64,000 bases of DNA from Alphaproteobacteria bacterium (lineage in GTDB: Bacteria; Pseudomonadota; Alphaproteobacteria; JAEUKQ01). The stretch lies in NCBI GenBank assembly GCA_016794225.1, contig JAEUKQ010000002.1, positions 8,347 through 72,346 of the forward strand, read 5' to 3'. The notes beneath the pieces are model-generated. The model searched no databases and was not told where the DNA came from. It saw only the letters and a list, made by a program, of their open reading frames with translations. How positions within the stretch are numbered: position 1 is the stretch's first letter; every line of letters starts with the position of its first letter. The translations under genes were made by a program, and so were the position numbers. This document shows, in pieces, positions 9,252 through 18,610 of the stretch.

Positions 9252-11042
9252 ATGACAAGTAAGGCAAAAAAAAGCGCCGAAAAACAAGTAATACAGCCGA
9301 TGGAAGATTTTGCAGCGTTGCTTGAAGAATCATTTGGTAATCGGAAAAATATCGAAGGAACAGTTGTTAAGGGTAAAGTAATCCGCGTCGAGAATGATTT
9401 GGCGATTATCGATGTTGGGTTAAAATCAGAAGGACGTATCGCTTTAAAAGAATTTGCTTCAGCCGGTCAAACACCAGAAATTAAAATTGGTGACGAAGTT
9501 GAAGTGTATGTCGAACGTATCGAAGATCGGAATGGCGATGCTTTGTTAAGCCGTGAAAAAGCACGTCGTGAAGAATCGTGGATTCAGTTGGAAAATAACT
9601 ATAAACAAAATGTCCGTGTTACCGGTGTAATATTTGGTAGGGTAAAGGGTGGTTTTACGGTCGATTTATCTGGAGCAGTTGCCTTTTTGCCTGGTAGTCA
9701 GGTTGATGTTCGCCCCATTCGGGATATTACGCCGTTGATGGGACAACCACAGCCGTTCCAGATTCTAAAAATGGACCGCGTACGCGGTAATATCGTTGTA
9801 TCACGTCGCGCTATTCTTGAAGAAAGTCGTGCCGAAGCAAGGTCTGAGCTTGTAGCAGGGTTGAAAGAAGGCCAAATTTTAGAAGGAACTATTAAAAACA
9901 TTACAGATTATGGTGCTTTCGTTGATCTCGGTGGTGTGGATGGGTTGTTGCATGTAACAGATATTTCATGGCAACGTATTAATAAACCGTCTGATGTTCT
10001 GTCGCTTGGACAGCAGGTTAAAGTTCAGATTATTCGCTTTAACCCCGAGAATCAGCGCATATCACTTGGTATGAAGCAGCTTGAGTCTGATCCTTGGCAG
10101 AATATTAACGATAAATACCCGGTTGGGAAAAGGGTTCAAGGTCGGATTACAAAAATTATGGATTTTGGTGCCTTTATCGAACTTGAAGCTGGTGTTGAGG
10201 GCTTGATTCATGTCTCTGAGATGAGCTGGACCAAGAAAAACGTTCATCCAAGCAAAATTGTCGCAATAGGCCAACAGGTTGATGTTGTTGTGTTGGCAAT
10301 TGAAATGGATAATCAAAAACGCCGTATCAGCCTTGGGCTTAAACAAATTTCTGAAAATCCATGGACCACCTTCCAGCAACAGCATCCTGTTGGTAGTACG
10401 GTCGAAGGTGAGGTGCGTAATGTCGCTGATTTTGGCTTATTTATTGGGTTGCCAAATGACATGGACGGCATGGTTCACATGTCGGATATTGATTGGCAAA
10501 AACCTGGCGAGCAGGCAATGAACGATTTCAAAAAAGGCGATAAAGTCACAGTGCGTGTTCTTGACATTGATCCCGAAAAAGAAAGAATCAGTTTGGGAAT
10601 TAAGCAATTGACCGAAGATCCTTTTGCTGGTGCTTCTGAGACCTACAAAAAGGGTGATATTGTAACCGTTGCCATTACATCCATTCAAGATAGTGGTCTT
10701 GAAGTTAGCCTTAAAGAAGGTGTTGTAGGCTTTATTCGTAAGGCTGATCTTGCCCGTGAACGTGCTGAACAGCGAACTGACCGGTTTGCTGTTGGCGAGA
10801 AGGTGGATGCCAAAGTTACAAGCATTGATGCAAAGACCCGCAAGGTATCGCTATCGATTAAGGCACATGAAATAGACGAAGAAAAGCAAGCTATGGCTGA
10901 TTATGGTTCTTCTGACTCGGGAGCTAGCTTGGGTGATATTCTTGGTGCAGCTATTTCAAAAGCACAGAAAGATCAAAAAGAACCAGCTAAAGAAGCGACA
11001 AAAGAAACAAAAACTAAGAAAAAGAAAACTGAAGAAAAGTAA
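9252..11042 (+). CDS. rpsA: 30S ribosomal protein S1
   Basis: Six S1 repeats (G..V.G.V..I..FGAFV.L..GV.GL.H.S). Start placed at MTSKAKK... (ATG 9252) rather than the upstream TTG-type start at 9210. Lys-rich C-tail. Confidence 0.93.
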   Translation: MTSKAKKSAEKQVIQPMEDFAALLEESFGNRKNIEGTVVKGKVIRVENDLAIIDVGLKSEGRIALKEFASAGQTPEIKIGDEVEVYVERIEDRNGDALLSREKARREESWIQLENNYKQNVRVTGVIFGRVKGGFTVDLSGAVAFLPGSQVDVRPIRDITPLMGQPQPFQILKMDRVRGNIVVSRRAILEESRAEARSELVAGLKEGQILEGTIKNITDYGAFVDLGGVDGLLHVTDISWQRINKPSDVLSLGQQVKVQIIRFNPENQRISLGMKQLESDPWQNINDKYPVGKRVQGRITKIMDFGAFIELEAGVEGLIHVSEMSWTKKNVHPSKIVAIGQQVDVVVLAIEMDNQKRRISLGLKQISENPWTTFQQQHPVGSTVEGEVRNVADFGLFIGLPNDMDGMVHMSDIDWQKPGEQAMNDFKKGDKVTVRVLDIDPEKERISLGIKQLTEDPFAGASETYKKGDIVTVAITSIQDSGLEVSLKEGVVGFIRKADLARERAEQRTDRFAVGEKVDAKVTSIDAKTRKVSLSIKAHEIDEEKQAMADYGSSDSGASLGDILGAAISKAQKDQKEPAKEATKETKTKKKKTEEK

Positions 11043-11071
11043 GCTTAGTTTTGACTTGCTTATTAAGCAAC

Positions 11072-11101
11072 AAAAGGCCCGGCTTTTACCGGGCCTTTTT
11101 G
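11072..11101 (+). terminator. rho-independent terminator of rpsA
   Basis: GGCCCGG-CTTTTA-CCGGGCC hairpin followed by TTTTT, about 30 nt after the rpsA stop. Confidence 0.8.
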
Positions 11102-11237
11102 CTAAACAACTGTTGCAATACAGCAACATACATAAATTAACTAGTCCTAAGTAGCTTATTTATCAGAATTTTTTATTGTATTAAGACTAACCTGGAAGTA
11201 TAAAATTTGTTTCATAAATTTAATAAAAGGCTTCTTA

Positions 11238-11543
11238 ATGACCAGGTCAGAGTTAGTTACCCAGCTTATGCAACTTCATCCTCTTTTATCGCAACGCGAA
11301 GCCGAGCTTGTTGTTGACATTGTTTTTGGCGAAATATCGCGCGCTATGCAACGTGGCCAGCGAATTGAATTGCGTGGTTTTGGTGTATTTTCAACGCGTC
11401 TTCGTGCGCCACGGCAGGCCCGTAACCCAAAGACAGGTGAAAAATTGCTTTTATCCCACAGGAAGGTACCATTTTTTCGAATCGGTAAAGAATTAAAACA
11501 ACGCCTAAATAGCAAACAATCTAAGTCAGCACTTAAGAGTTAA
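11238..11543 (+). CDS. ihfB: integration host factor subunit beta
   Basis: 101 aa. MTRSELV...IELRGFGVFSTRLRAPRQARNPKTGEKL is the typical IHF/HU fold with the beta-arm proline. rpsA-ihfB synteny. Confidence 0.9.
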   Translation: MTRSELVTQLMQLHPLLSQREAELVVDIVFGEISRAMQRGQRIELRGFGVFSTRLRAPRQARNPKTGEKLLLSHRKVPFFRIGKELKQRLNSKQSKSALKS

Positions 11544-11547
11544 TAAC

Positions 11548-11751
11548 ATGTCAAAAATTAATTGGATTATTGCGATTCCGGTGATTGCGATAATGATCTT
11601 ATTTACCGTTACTAATACACAGTCGGTAACCATCAAATTGTGGCCTTTTTTTGTTATGGAAACCAAGGTTTTCTTATTAGTTCTTCTGATATTCTTTCTA
11701 GGATTTTGGGTTGGTTGGACAGCCAAATGGTTCTTAAGAAAACGTAAATAA
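11548..11751 (+). CDS. LapA-family (DUF1049) small inner-membrane protein
   Basis: 67 aa with two predicted TM segments and a basic C-terminus. Conserved position between ihfB and pyrF in alphaproteobacteria. Confidence 0.6.
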   Translation: MSKINWIIAIPVIAIMILFTVTNTQSVTIKLWPFFVMETKVFLLVLLIFFLGFWVGWTAKWFLRKRK

Positions 11752-11761
11752 GGGCTAATTA

Positions 11762-12517
11762 ATGCTTGATCAGCAACAAAGTAGTATCGCTGGAAAAGTC
11801 AACTTGTTTCTGGCGTTAGATATTGATGAATTTGATAAAATAAAAGTTATTTTACCCTCTTTGGAAGCCAATATACAAGGAATTAAGGTTGGGCTTGAAT
11901 TTTTGTATATGCATGGATGGCAAAAACTGATTGAGATTCGTCAGAATTATCAGTTGTTTATTGATGTTAAGCTTCATGATATTCCAAACACTGTCGCCAA
12001 AGCGGTTCGTGCGTTGGTTAGAAATTGCCATCCTAATATAATTACCGTGCACGCAGCCGGTGGTGGTGCAATGTTGAAGTCCGCTGTTTTGGAGGCACAG
12101 GAAGAAGCGTATCGTCTAAGCATCCCTGCGCCTGATTTAATCGCAGTAACTGTTCTTACCAGTCTTGAAAAAAATGACCTAAACGATATTGGCTGGCCTA
12201 ATTCATCGCTTGCCCAGGTGCTTCAGTTGGCTAAACTAGCTTTTAATAGCGGTGTGAACGGTGTTGTATGCAGCGGTCAGGAAGTTGGATTACTGCGGGC
12301 TGTTCTTGGGCCTAAAATTCGCTTGATTGTTCCAGGTATTAGGCCTACTGGTGATGCAGCTTTTGACCAAAAAAGAATTACCACGCCGACCCAGGCTATT
12401 CTCGATGGAGCGACCGACTTGGTTGTCGGACGTCCAATTATTAACGCTAGCAATCCCCCACGTGCCGCTCAACTCATTCAGCAGCAAATAACCGATGCGG
12501 TATGTCGGCGGGTATAG
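11762..12517 (+). CDS. pyrF: orotidine 5'-phosphate decarboxylase
   Basis: 251 aa. LALDI..., DVKLHDIPNTV, LVVGRPI motifs. Confidence 0.9.
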   Translation: MLDQQQSSIAGKVNLFLALDIDEFDKIKVILPSLEANIQGIKVGLEFLYMHGWQKLIEIRQNYQLFIDVKLHDIPNTVAKAVRALVRNCHPNIITVHAAGGGAMLKSAVLEAQEEAYRLSIPAPDLIAVTVLTSLEKNDLNDIGWPNSSLAQVLQLAKLAFNSGVNGVVCSGQEVGLLRAVLGPKIRLIVPGIRPTGDAAFDQKRITTPTQAILDGATDLVVGRPIINASNPPRAAQLIQQQITDAVCRRV

Positions 12518-12549
12518 CCCAGCTAAAGAAAACCAATATTATATCTGGT

Positions 12550-13047
12550 TTATAGCTTATCAACACTAATCTGATCGGCGATAGGTTTTGTAACTTGTGG
12601 TTCAATGTCCCAGGGAAATAGAATCCAAGTATCTTGACTGACTTCGGTTACAAAACTATCAACCAAAGGCCGTCCAGCCGGTTTGGCATAAATACAGGCG
12701 AAATGTGCTTTGGGAAGCATTTGTCGAATGGCTTGGGCTGTTTTACCTGTATCCACCAGGTCGTCAATGATAAGCCAGCCCTGGCCATCGCCCTTAACCT
12801 GTTTTAAAATTTTTAGATTTCCTTGCGTTTCATCATCATAACTGGCAATACAAACCGTATCAACCAGACGAATGTCAAGCTCACGTGCAATTACTGCGGC
12901 AGGAACAAGGCCACCACGGGTGATTGCAATAATCCCGGTCCAGCGACCTTTGCTAGGACCTTGGTTGACAAGGCGCCAGGCCAGTGCTTTTGTATGGCGG
13001 TGAAATTCATCCCAAGTAACGGGAAAATATTTATTGGTATTTGTCAT
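12550..13047 (-). CDS. gpt: xanthine-guanine phosphoribosyltransferase
   Basis: 165 aa, close to E. coli Gpt along its length: [44 protein letters not shown] loop [31 protein letters not shown]. Confidence 0.9.
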   Translation of the reverse strand: MTNTNKYFPVTWDEFHRHTKALAWRLVNQGPSKGRWTGIIAITRGGLVPAAVIARELDIRLVDTVCIASYDDETQGNLKILKQVKGDGQGWLIIDDLVDTGKTAQAIRQMLPKAHFACIYAKPAGRPLVDSFVTEVSQDTWILFPWDIEPQVTKPIADQISVDKL

Positions 13048-13332
13048 GATGCACCAAAAGGTAAAAATTATTAAAAAAGCGTTGCTTATTGCTAACTGCT
13101 TTCATTTGGAAAAGCAACTGCGCATCGAAACAGACGTTTGAACAATATTGTGATAACCGAGCACAATTTAAATCATTTTTGTAATAGCGGTGCAGATTTA
13201 TTAATTATTTACGATACTTGTTCATATTAATTAACATAGATATGATTATTTTCTATATCTTTTTAATAATCAGTTCTTGCGTTTCCCTGTACGGTCGTGT
13301 AAAAGGTCTGTGGCGTTTCAAATAGCGCAGCT

Positions 13333-13409
13333 GCGCCCGTAGCTCAATTGGATAGAGCATCTGACTACGAATCAGAAGGTTAGGAGTTCGAGTCTCTTCG
13401 GGCGCACCA
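13333..13409 (+). tRNA. tRNA-Arg (anticodon ACG)
   Basis: GCGCCCGTAGCTCAATTGGATAGAGCATCTGACTACGAATCAGAAGGTTAGGAGTTCGAGTCTCTTCGGGCGCACCA. Acceptor GCGCCCG/CGGGCGC, anticodon loop CTACGAA, T-loop TTCGAGT, encoded CCA. Confidence 0.93.
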
Positions 13410-13530
13410 CTTTGTCGTGGCATTGTGGTAGCTATATTAGGCTTGTAAAAGTGGTAAAATACTTTTTTATAATTTTAACGTAGCGCTCACTAATCGGATT
13501 TATCTGACGATGGGTTTATTGTTGTTATAT

Positions 13531-14466
13531 CTATGGTAATTGCTGTGCAATTCTTTTTAATGGCCACGCTAGGGCAAGTAATTTTGTTTGCAGCCGAACG
13601 CTTCGCGCATAATGTGGCCTTTGCATAATTTGGCTGTTATATTGATGCAGGGATGTTTTTTTACGGGCTACTATAAAAATATGCTTGAAAGCAGTTTGTC
13701 GATAAGGATTAATCTGGCATTTGACAATCTCAAAACCAGTTGATTCCAGGTAAGAGAGTAACATGATTTTACTTAAAAAATAAAAATGGTGCGGTCCTGA
13801 ATCAAAAATTGAATTACCATAAAACCGGGTTGGTTGAAAAATCTCTTTCTCATCAAGGAACAAATATCCATTAGGGTTAAGAAGTTTATAAATTTCCTCA
13901 AGGAGTTTGCGTATCGACAATACATGGCTGGCGGTGTGGATTGTCAAGCCCTCAATAAAGTCAAACTTTTGGGGAAAATGTTGTGATAGTAGATGGAAGT
14001 TCACCGGTGACGCTAGTTTCAAATTTTCTACTTGGTAGGTTAGGGCAGCATGATTACGATTTTCTTCAAAGTAATCAAGACCGTACATTAGTGCGCCCTC
14101 TTGCCTTAAAAGATACGGCATGCTGCCAAGACCGAAACGCAAACTAAGCCCTATTTTACTCTTAGGGTTGAGATGTTTTTTAAGCAACGACAAGCTGTTA
14201 AGACACCGTGTCATTTCAGCTTCAACCTTTTTGGTTGGGATACCTGAATTTTCAATTATCTTTTGATTTGAACCTGGATCTCCGTCAAACTCATCCTCAT
14301 AAAATTGATTGATTTGATCATCACTATAACGGGGATTTGTATACAACAATCCGCAAGTGCGGCAACAAACAATCTGGGCATGTGTTTTTTGCTCTTTAGC
14401 TATCAACCAAAAGCTTCTATCACCACATAAATCACAATTTGTTTCAACACGATCAATTTTTTGCAT
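13531..14466 (-). CDS. class I SAM-dependent methyltransferase-like protein with N-terminal CxxC...CxxC zinc ribbon
   Basis: N-terminus CDLCGD...CCRTCGLLY (zinc ribbon). Central region resembles the Methyltransf_11/23 fold (...LLNPNGYLFL...), but motif I reads IGLSLRFGLGS rather than the usual hh[DE]hGxGxG. Start set to ATG 14466. The TTG at 14499 is an alternative. Confidence 0.6.
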   Translation of the reverse strand: MQKIDRVETNCDLCGDRSFWLIAKEQKTHAQIVCCRTCGLLYTNPRYSDDQINQFYEDEFDGDPGSNQKIIENSGIPTKKVEAEMTRCLNSLSLLKKHLNPKSKIGLSLRFGLGSMPYLLRQEGALMYGLDYFEENRNHAALTYQVENLKLASPVNFHLLSQHFPQKFDFIEGLTIHTASHVLSIRKLLEEIYKLLNPNGYLFLDEKEIFQPTRFYGNSIFDSGPHHFYFLSKIMLLSYLESTGFEIVKCQINPYRQTAFKHIFIVARKKTSLHQYNSQIMQRPHYARSVRLQTKLLALAWPLKRIAQQLP

Positions 14467-14714
14467 AATTAACCCGGCAGGTAAAATTCCCGTTAACAAA
14501 AAATATGTGGATCTTAGTATAAGATACTAATTACCTTAACAGACAAGCTGTTGTCCACCAAGTTTGTTTATACTATCAGTCAGCGGTAATAACCACAAGG
14601 AATAAAATGGTTAAAGTGTAAAAGCATGGGGTATTTTAGTAAAAAATACACTAGTTTGAAAATAACGATAAAGGAATTATATATGTCTTTTAAGCGCAGA
14701 GGGATGGAGGGTTT

Positions 14715-15005
14715 ATGTACTCGTTGTTTCGGTTAGTTGATTTGCTATTGTTGTCGTATAGTTGGGTTCTAATTATTGGGGCAGTAATAAGTTGGTTAAT
14801 GATGTTTGATATTATTAATCGGTATAACCCGTTTGTTAATCAATTTATGTTTGTGCTGCGCGCCATTACCGAGCCACTTCTAAGGCCAATTAGGCGTATT
14901 GTTCGACCAATAAATGGTTTTGATTTTTCTCCCATAATCTTATTGTTGGCTGTTTTTTTGGTGCGTAATTTAATGTATGAATATTGGTTACCAGCCATCC
15001 TGTAA
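14715..15005 (+). CDS. yggT: YggT family membrane protein
   Basis: 96 aa, two hydrophobic segments, ...EPLLRPIRRI.P...G.DFSPI is the typical YggT motif. Confidence 0.8.
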   Translation: MYSLFRLVDLLLLSYSWVLIIGAVISWLMMFDIINRYNPFVNQFMFVLRAITEPLLRPIRRIVRPINGFDFSPIILLLAVFLVRNLMYEYWLPAIL

Positions 15006-15017
15006 GCAATATCGATC

Positions 15018-15344
15018 ATGGCACACAGTTTAACAACCAAGGAAGACAACAAAGTAACTTTGATGCTCAAGGTTACTCCAAAGGCGGCGCGTGATCGTAT
15101 TTTAGGCTGGATAAAACAGCCTAATAACTTGTCTTTATTAAAAATTGCAGTTAGGGCTAATCCCGAGAAAGGCCAGGCTAATCTCGCAGTACAGCGATTA
15201 TTGTCTAAACGATTGGCGATTTCTTTATCGCTGATCAGGCTTGAATATGGCATGAAAGATCAATACAAAAGGATTACCATAATCATTGATCCATTGCGTC
15301 TGGATCAACTTTTGGAACAGGCAATTAGAGAAGATAATACATAA
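15018..15344 (+). CDS. DUF167 (YggU) family protein
   Basis: 108 aa. KVTPKAARDRILGW...L.I.V.A.PEKGQAN pattern. yggT-yggU adjacency. Its stop overlaps the folD ATG (ATAATGA). Confidence 0.75.
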   Translation: MAHSLTTKEDNKVTLMLKVTPKAARDRILGWIKQPNNLSLLKIAVRANPEKGQANLAVQRLLSKRLAISLSLIRLEYGMKDQYKRITIIIDPLRLDQLLEQAIREDNT

Positions 15345-16270
15345 TGACAGCCAATTCTTCGACCAAAAAGCATCACCTAACTATTGATGGTAGGGGGTTA
15401 GCTCAAGGGTTACTTGAACAATTTAAACTGCAGGTGCAAGAATTGTCTTTGCATCATAAAATCATTCCTGGTTTGGCGGTTATTCTGGTTGGAGACGACC
15501 CGGCAAGCCAGCTTTATGTGGCAACCAAAACGCAACGCGTGCGGCAAATGGGAATCAAGTCGCAGGATTTTTATTTACCTAAGCAAGCCAAAATGCCTGA
15601 TCTGCAACAGTTGGTACAAAAGTTAAACAATGATCATGCCATCCATGCGATTTTAATTCAGCTACCCTTGCCCGACCATTTATCATCGCGCCAAATAATT
15701 GATTTAATCAATCCAGCAAAAGATGTTGATGGGCTGCATAGCCAAAATGTTGCCTTTTTGGCAAATGGTCAGCCAAAGATTATTCCATGTACCCCTGCCG
15801 GGTGCTTATATTTGTTGCAGCAGGTTTTTCCCGCCGGCATCTCTGGAAAAAATGTTGTGGTAATTGGCAGGTCACATCTGGTCGGACGGCCAATGGCTTG
15901 GCTTTTAATGCAACAAAACGCAACGGTAACAATAGCCCATCGTTATACCAAGGATTTAGCACTACACTGTCAGCGGGCTGATATTATTATTGCTGCAGCG
16001 GGTTCGGCCGGATTGGTAAAAGGTGGGTGGGTTCGGCCTGGTGCCGTGGTTATTGATGTTGGTATCAACCGCCTTCCAAACCCCAATGCCGCACGCGGAT
16101 ATGATTTGCTGGGTGATGTTGCTTTCGATGAGGTCCAAGGTAAAGCTGCGGCAATAACACCAGTACCTGGTGGTGTTGGACCGATGACAGTTGCTTTTTT
16201 GATCCATAACACGATAAAACTTTGCTACCAAAGCCTGGAAAAGCCGTACCCGAACATTTTAAAAATTTAG
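15344..16270 (+). CDS. folD: bifunctional methylenetetrahydrofolate dehydrogenase / methenyltetrahydrofolate cyclohydrolase
   Basis: 308 aa. PGLAVILVGDDPASQLYV, KDVDGLH, CTPAGC, VIGRSHLVGRPMA, TPVPGGVGPMT. Confidence 0.92.
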   Translation: MTANSSTKKHHLTIDGRGLAQGLLEQFKLQVQELSLHHKIIPGLAVILVGDDPASQLYVATKTQRVRQMGIKSQDFYLPKQAKMPDLQQLVQKLNNDHAIHAILIQLPLPDHLSSRQIIDLINPAKDVDGLHSQNVAFLANGQPKIIPCTPAGCLYLLQQVFPAGISGKNVVVIGRSHLVGRPMAWLLMQQNATVTIAHRYTKDLALHCQRADIIIAAAGSAGLVKGGWVRPGAVVIDVGINRLPNPNAARGYDLLGDVAFDEVQGKAAAITPVPGGVGPMTVAFLIHNTIKLCYQSLEKPYPNILKI

Positions 16271-16281
16271 AATACTATCTT

Positions 16282-16974
16282 TTAAGCTTCATTTAGCCTC
16301 AAATGCCTATATAGTCGGCGTTCCAGCAAACGAAATATTCCACTAATAACATAGGTTGTAACCAAATAAATAACCGCAATTGCCAGATAGAAACTATAAC
16401 TGGCATAAGTGCGGCTAATTAGGTTTTGGGCTGTGGCAGTTAGGTCCATCAATGTGATTGCCCCGACCAGCGCACTGGCATGCAGCATCTGGATAACTTC
16501 ATTTGAATAGGCCGGTATCATCAGCCTTAATGTTTGTGGAAGAGTGATTCTGCGAAAAAGCAGCCACCGCGACATGCCAAACGATTTTCCCGCTTCAATC
16601 GCACCTTGGGGTATGTTCCGGATTGCGCCGCGAACAATCTCTGCGGTATAGGCAGCCGTGTTAAGAGTTAAGGCAATCAAAGCGCACCAATAAGCTTGAC
16701 TTAATATTGCCCAAAGAAATGAATCTTTAATCCAGCTTATTTGACTGCTACCGTAATAAATCAGGTAAATCTGAATAAGCAGTGGGCTACCACGAAAGAT
16801 AAACATGTAAGATTGGGCTAAATACCGCAACAGATGATAGCGGGATAAAGCTGCAAGACCACAGATAAAAGCCAGGAAAAAACCCACAAATAAAGATAGT
16901 GCCACCAACTCGATGGTTAGCCAAGCACCATTCAGCAAATCGGGAAAATATTGCCAAACAAGCTGGAAATCCAT
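16282..16974 (-). CDS. amino acid ABC transporter permease (HisM-like, polar amino acid/opine family)
   Basis: 230 aa multi-TM protein with an EAA-type loop (EAGKSFGMSRWLLFRRITLPQ). Confidence 0.85.
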   Translation of the reverse strand: MDFQLVWQYFPDLLNGAWLTIELVALSLFVGFFLAFICGLAALSRYHLLRYLAQSYMFIFRGSPLLIQIYLIYYGSSQISWIKDSFLWAILSQAYWCALIALTLNTAAYTAEIVRGAIRNIPQGAIEAGKSFGMSRWLLFRRITLPQTLRLMIPAYSNEVIQMLHASALVGAITLMDLTATAQNLISRTYASYSFYLAIAVIYLVTTYVISGIFRLLERRLYRHLRLNEA

Positions 16975-17672
16975 TAATTATAACCTTTCCTTCGGTCGGG
17001 GTGGCTTTTATGCTCGAGATACCGAATCAGCAAAATAGAAATTGCGGTAAGTCCCAAATAAATTAAAGCTGCAATGCTATAAAAAGTAAGAGGGTCACGG
17101 GTTGCGCCTGCTGCAATCCTGCTTTTGCGGGCTAATTCTTCAAGACCAATTAAAGAAACAATTGCTGTTGATTTTAATAAGACCATCCAAATATTCCCCA
17201 AAGCGGGTAAAGAAAAACGCCACATTTGCGGTATTAGAATACGCCACCCAACAAGCCAGCGGCTCATGCCACACGCATAGGCAGCTTCGATTTGCCCTTT
17301 GGGAATAGCTTGAAACCCACCCCGGAAAGCTTCTGTTGCATAGGCACCATACACAAAACCAAGTGTTAAACACCCTGCCATGAAGGGGCTGATCTCGATA
17401 AAACCTTGTGGTTCTGCCCACAATGAAATAATAAAAGCCAATAATTGAGCACCCTGAAAATATAAAATCAGTAATAAAACATATTCTGGAATCCCACGGA
17501 TAATCACCGTATAGCAACTGGCGATAAAATTAACGATTTTTGATCGGGTCAGTTTTGCATAAGCAGCAATAAGCCCAAAAAAAAGGGCAATTGCGAACGA
17601 AGTTACGGCGATTAGGACAGTCATAAAAAAACCATCCCAAAGCATCCATCCATAAGCGGAAATATTCTGCAT
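16974..17672 (-). CDS. amino acid ABC transporter permease (HisQ-like)
   Basis: 232 aa multi-TM protein with EAA loop EAAYACGMSRWLVGWRILIPQ. Start/stop overlap with the next permease. Confidence 0.85.
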   Translation of the reverse strand: MQNISAYGWMLWDGFFMTVLIAVTSFAIALFFGLIAAYAKLTRSKIVNFIASCYTVIIRGIPEYVLLLILYFQGAQLLAFIISLWAEPQGFIEISPFMAGCLTLGFVYGAYATEAFRGGFQAIPKGQIEAAYACGMSRWLVGWRILIPQMWRFSLPALGNIWMVLLKSTAIVSLIGLEELARKSRIAAGATRDPLTFYSIAALIYLGLTAISILLIRYLEHKSHPDRRKGYN

Positions 17673-17726
17673 CAGGCGCCAATAAAGAAAAAAGGGGTTT
17701 TGTACAAACCCCTTATATTAGAAAAA

Positions 17727-18554
17727 CTATTGACCAAATACATCAAAATCAAAATACCGGTCATTAATTGTTTTGTATGTACCATCAGCACGGATTGCTT
17801 TAATGGCTTCATTAAACGATTTTAATAGCTCAGTTTCACCCTTACGCATAGCAGCACCAACACCATTACCAAGAATATCTTTGGGTTCTGTATAGCTTGG
17901 GCCAATGAAAGCATAATTCTGCCCATTTGTGGTTTTCAAAAAACCATCATTAACAGCAACGCTATCGGCCAAGATTAGGTCAACGCGTCCACCAATTAAA
18001 TCCAGAAAGGAATTATCCAGTGTGTCATAAAGGACAATTTCAGCTTGTGGAAACAACTTACGCAAGAAGTTCTCGTGAATGGTTGCGCGCTGCACACCAA
18101 CACGTTTACCGGCAAGCCCGCTTGCAGATATCTCAAAATCACTGCCTTTTTTCGCTACAAAGCGGCTTGGTGTGTTTAAATATTTATCGCTAAAATCAAC
18201 CCGTTGTAACCGTTCTTGGGTAATTGACATACCAGCCATAATTACATCAAATTTCTTTGCTAATAGGGCTGGAATAAGACCATCCCAATCTTGAGTAACT
18301 ATCTCGCAAGTGGCTTGCATCTTTTGGCACAATGCTTGGGCAAGATCAATTTCAAAGCCCTTGAGCTGACCCGTTGCATCAATATAGTTAAAGGGTGGAT
18401 ATGCACCTTCGGTTGCAATACGAATAGTTTTCGTTGGGCTAGCTTTTTCAAAACCTGCCCATTGTTTTAGTCTGGAAAATTCATTGGGGTTAATATAAAA
18501 ATACGCCCCAGCTGCGGCTATCACCACAACTAAGAAAAACAAGACTTTTTTCAC
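17727..18554 (-). CDS. periplasmic basic amino acid/opine-binding protein (family 3 SBP)
   Basis: 275 aa with signal peptide. IRIATEGAYPPFNY...GFEIDLAQALC...WDGLIPAL..KKFD.IMAGMSIT..R is typical of ArgT/HisJ-like binding proteins. Confidence 0.85.
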   Translation of the reverse strand: MKKVLFFLVVVIAAAGAYFYINPNEFSRLKQWAGFEKASPTKTIRIATEGAYPPFNYIDATGQLKGFEIDLAQALCQKMQATCEIVTQDWDGLIPALLAKKFDVIMAGMSITQERLQRVDFSDKYLNTPSRFVAKKGSDFEISASGLAGKRVGVQRATIHENFLRKLFPQAEIVLYDTLDNSFLDLIGGRVDLILADSVAVNDGFLKTTNGQNYAFIGPSYTEPKDILGNGVGAAMRKGETELLKSFNEAIKAIRADGTYKTINDRYFDFDVFGQ

Positions 18555-18610
18555 AGTATATCTCCTAGATAAAAATTATAGTGGGTAATTTATTAATCGC
18601 AGTTAACTTG

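Noticed and set aside
14840-15253. 137-aa minus-strand ORF overlapping yggT and the DUF167 gene
   Set aside because: It is antisense to two well-supported conserved genes, has no recognisable motif and has an odd composition. This is a typical shadow ORF.
15962-16231. 80-89-aa minus-strand ORFs inside folD
   Set aside because: They are antisense shadow ORFs in the GC-richer part of a strongly supported gene.
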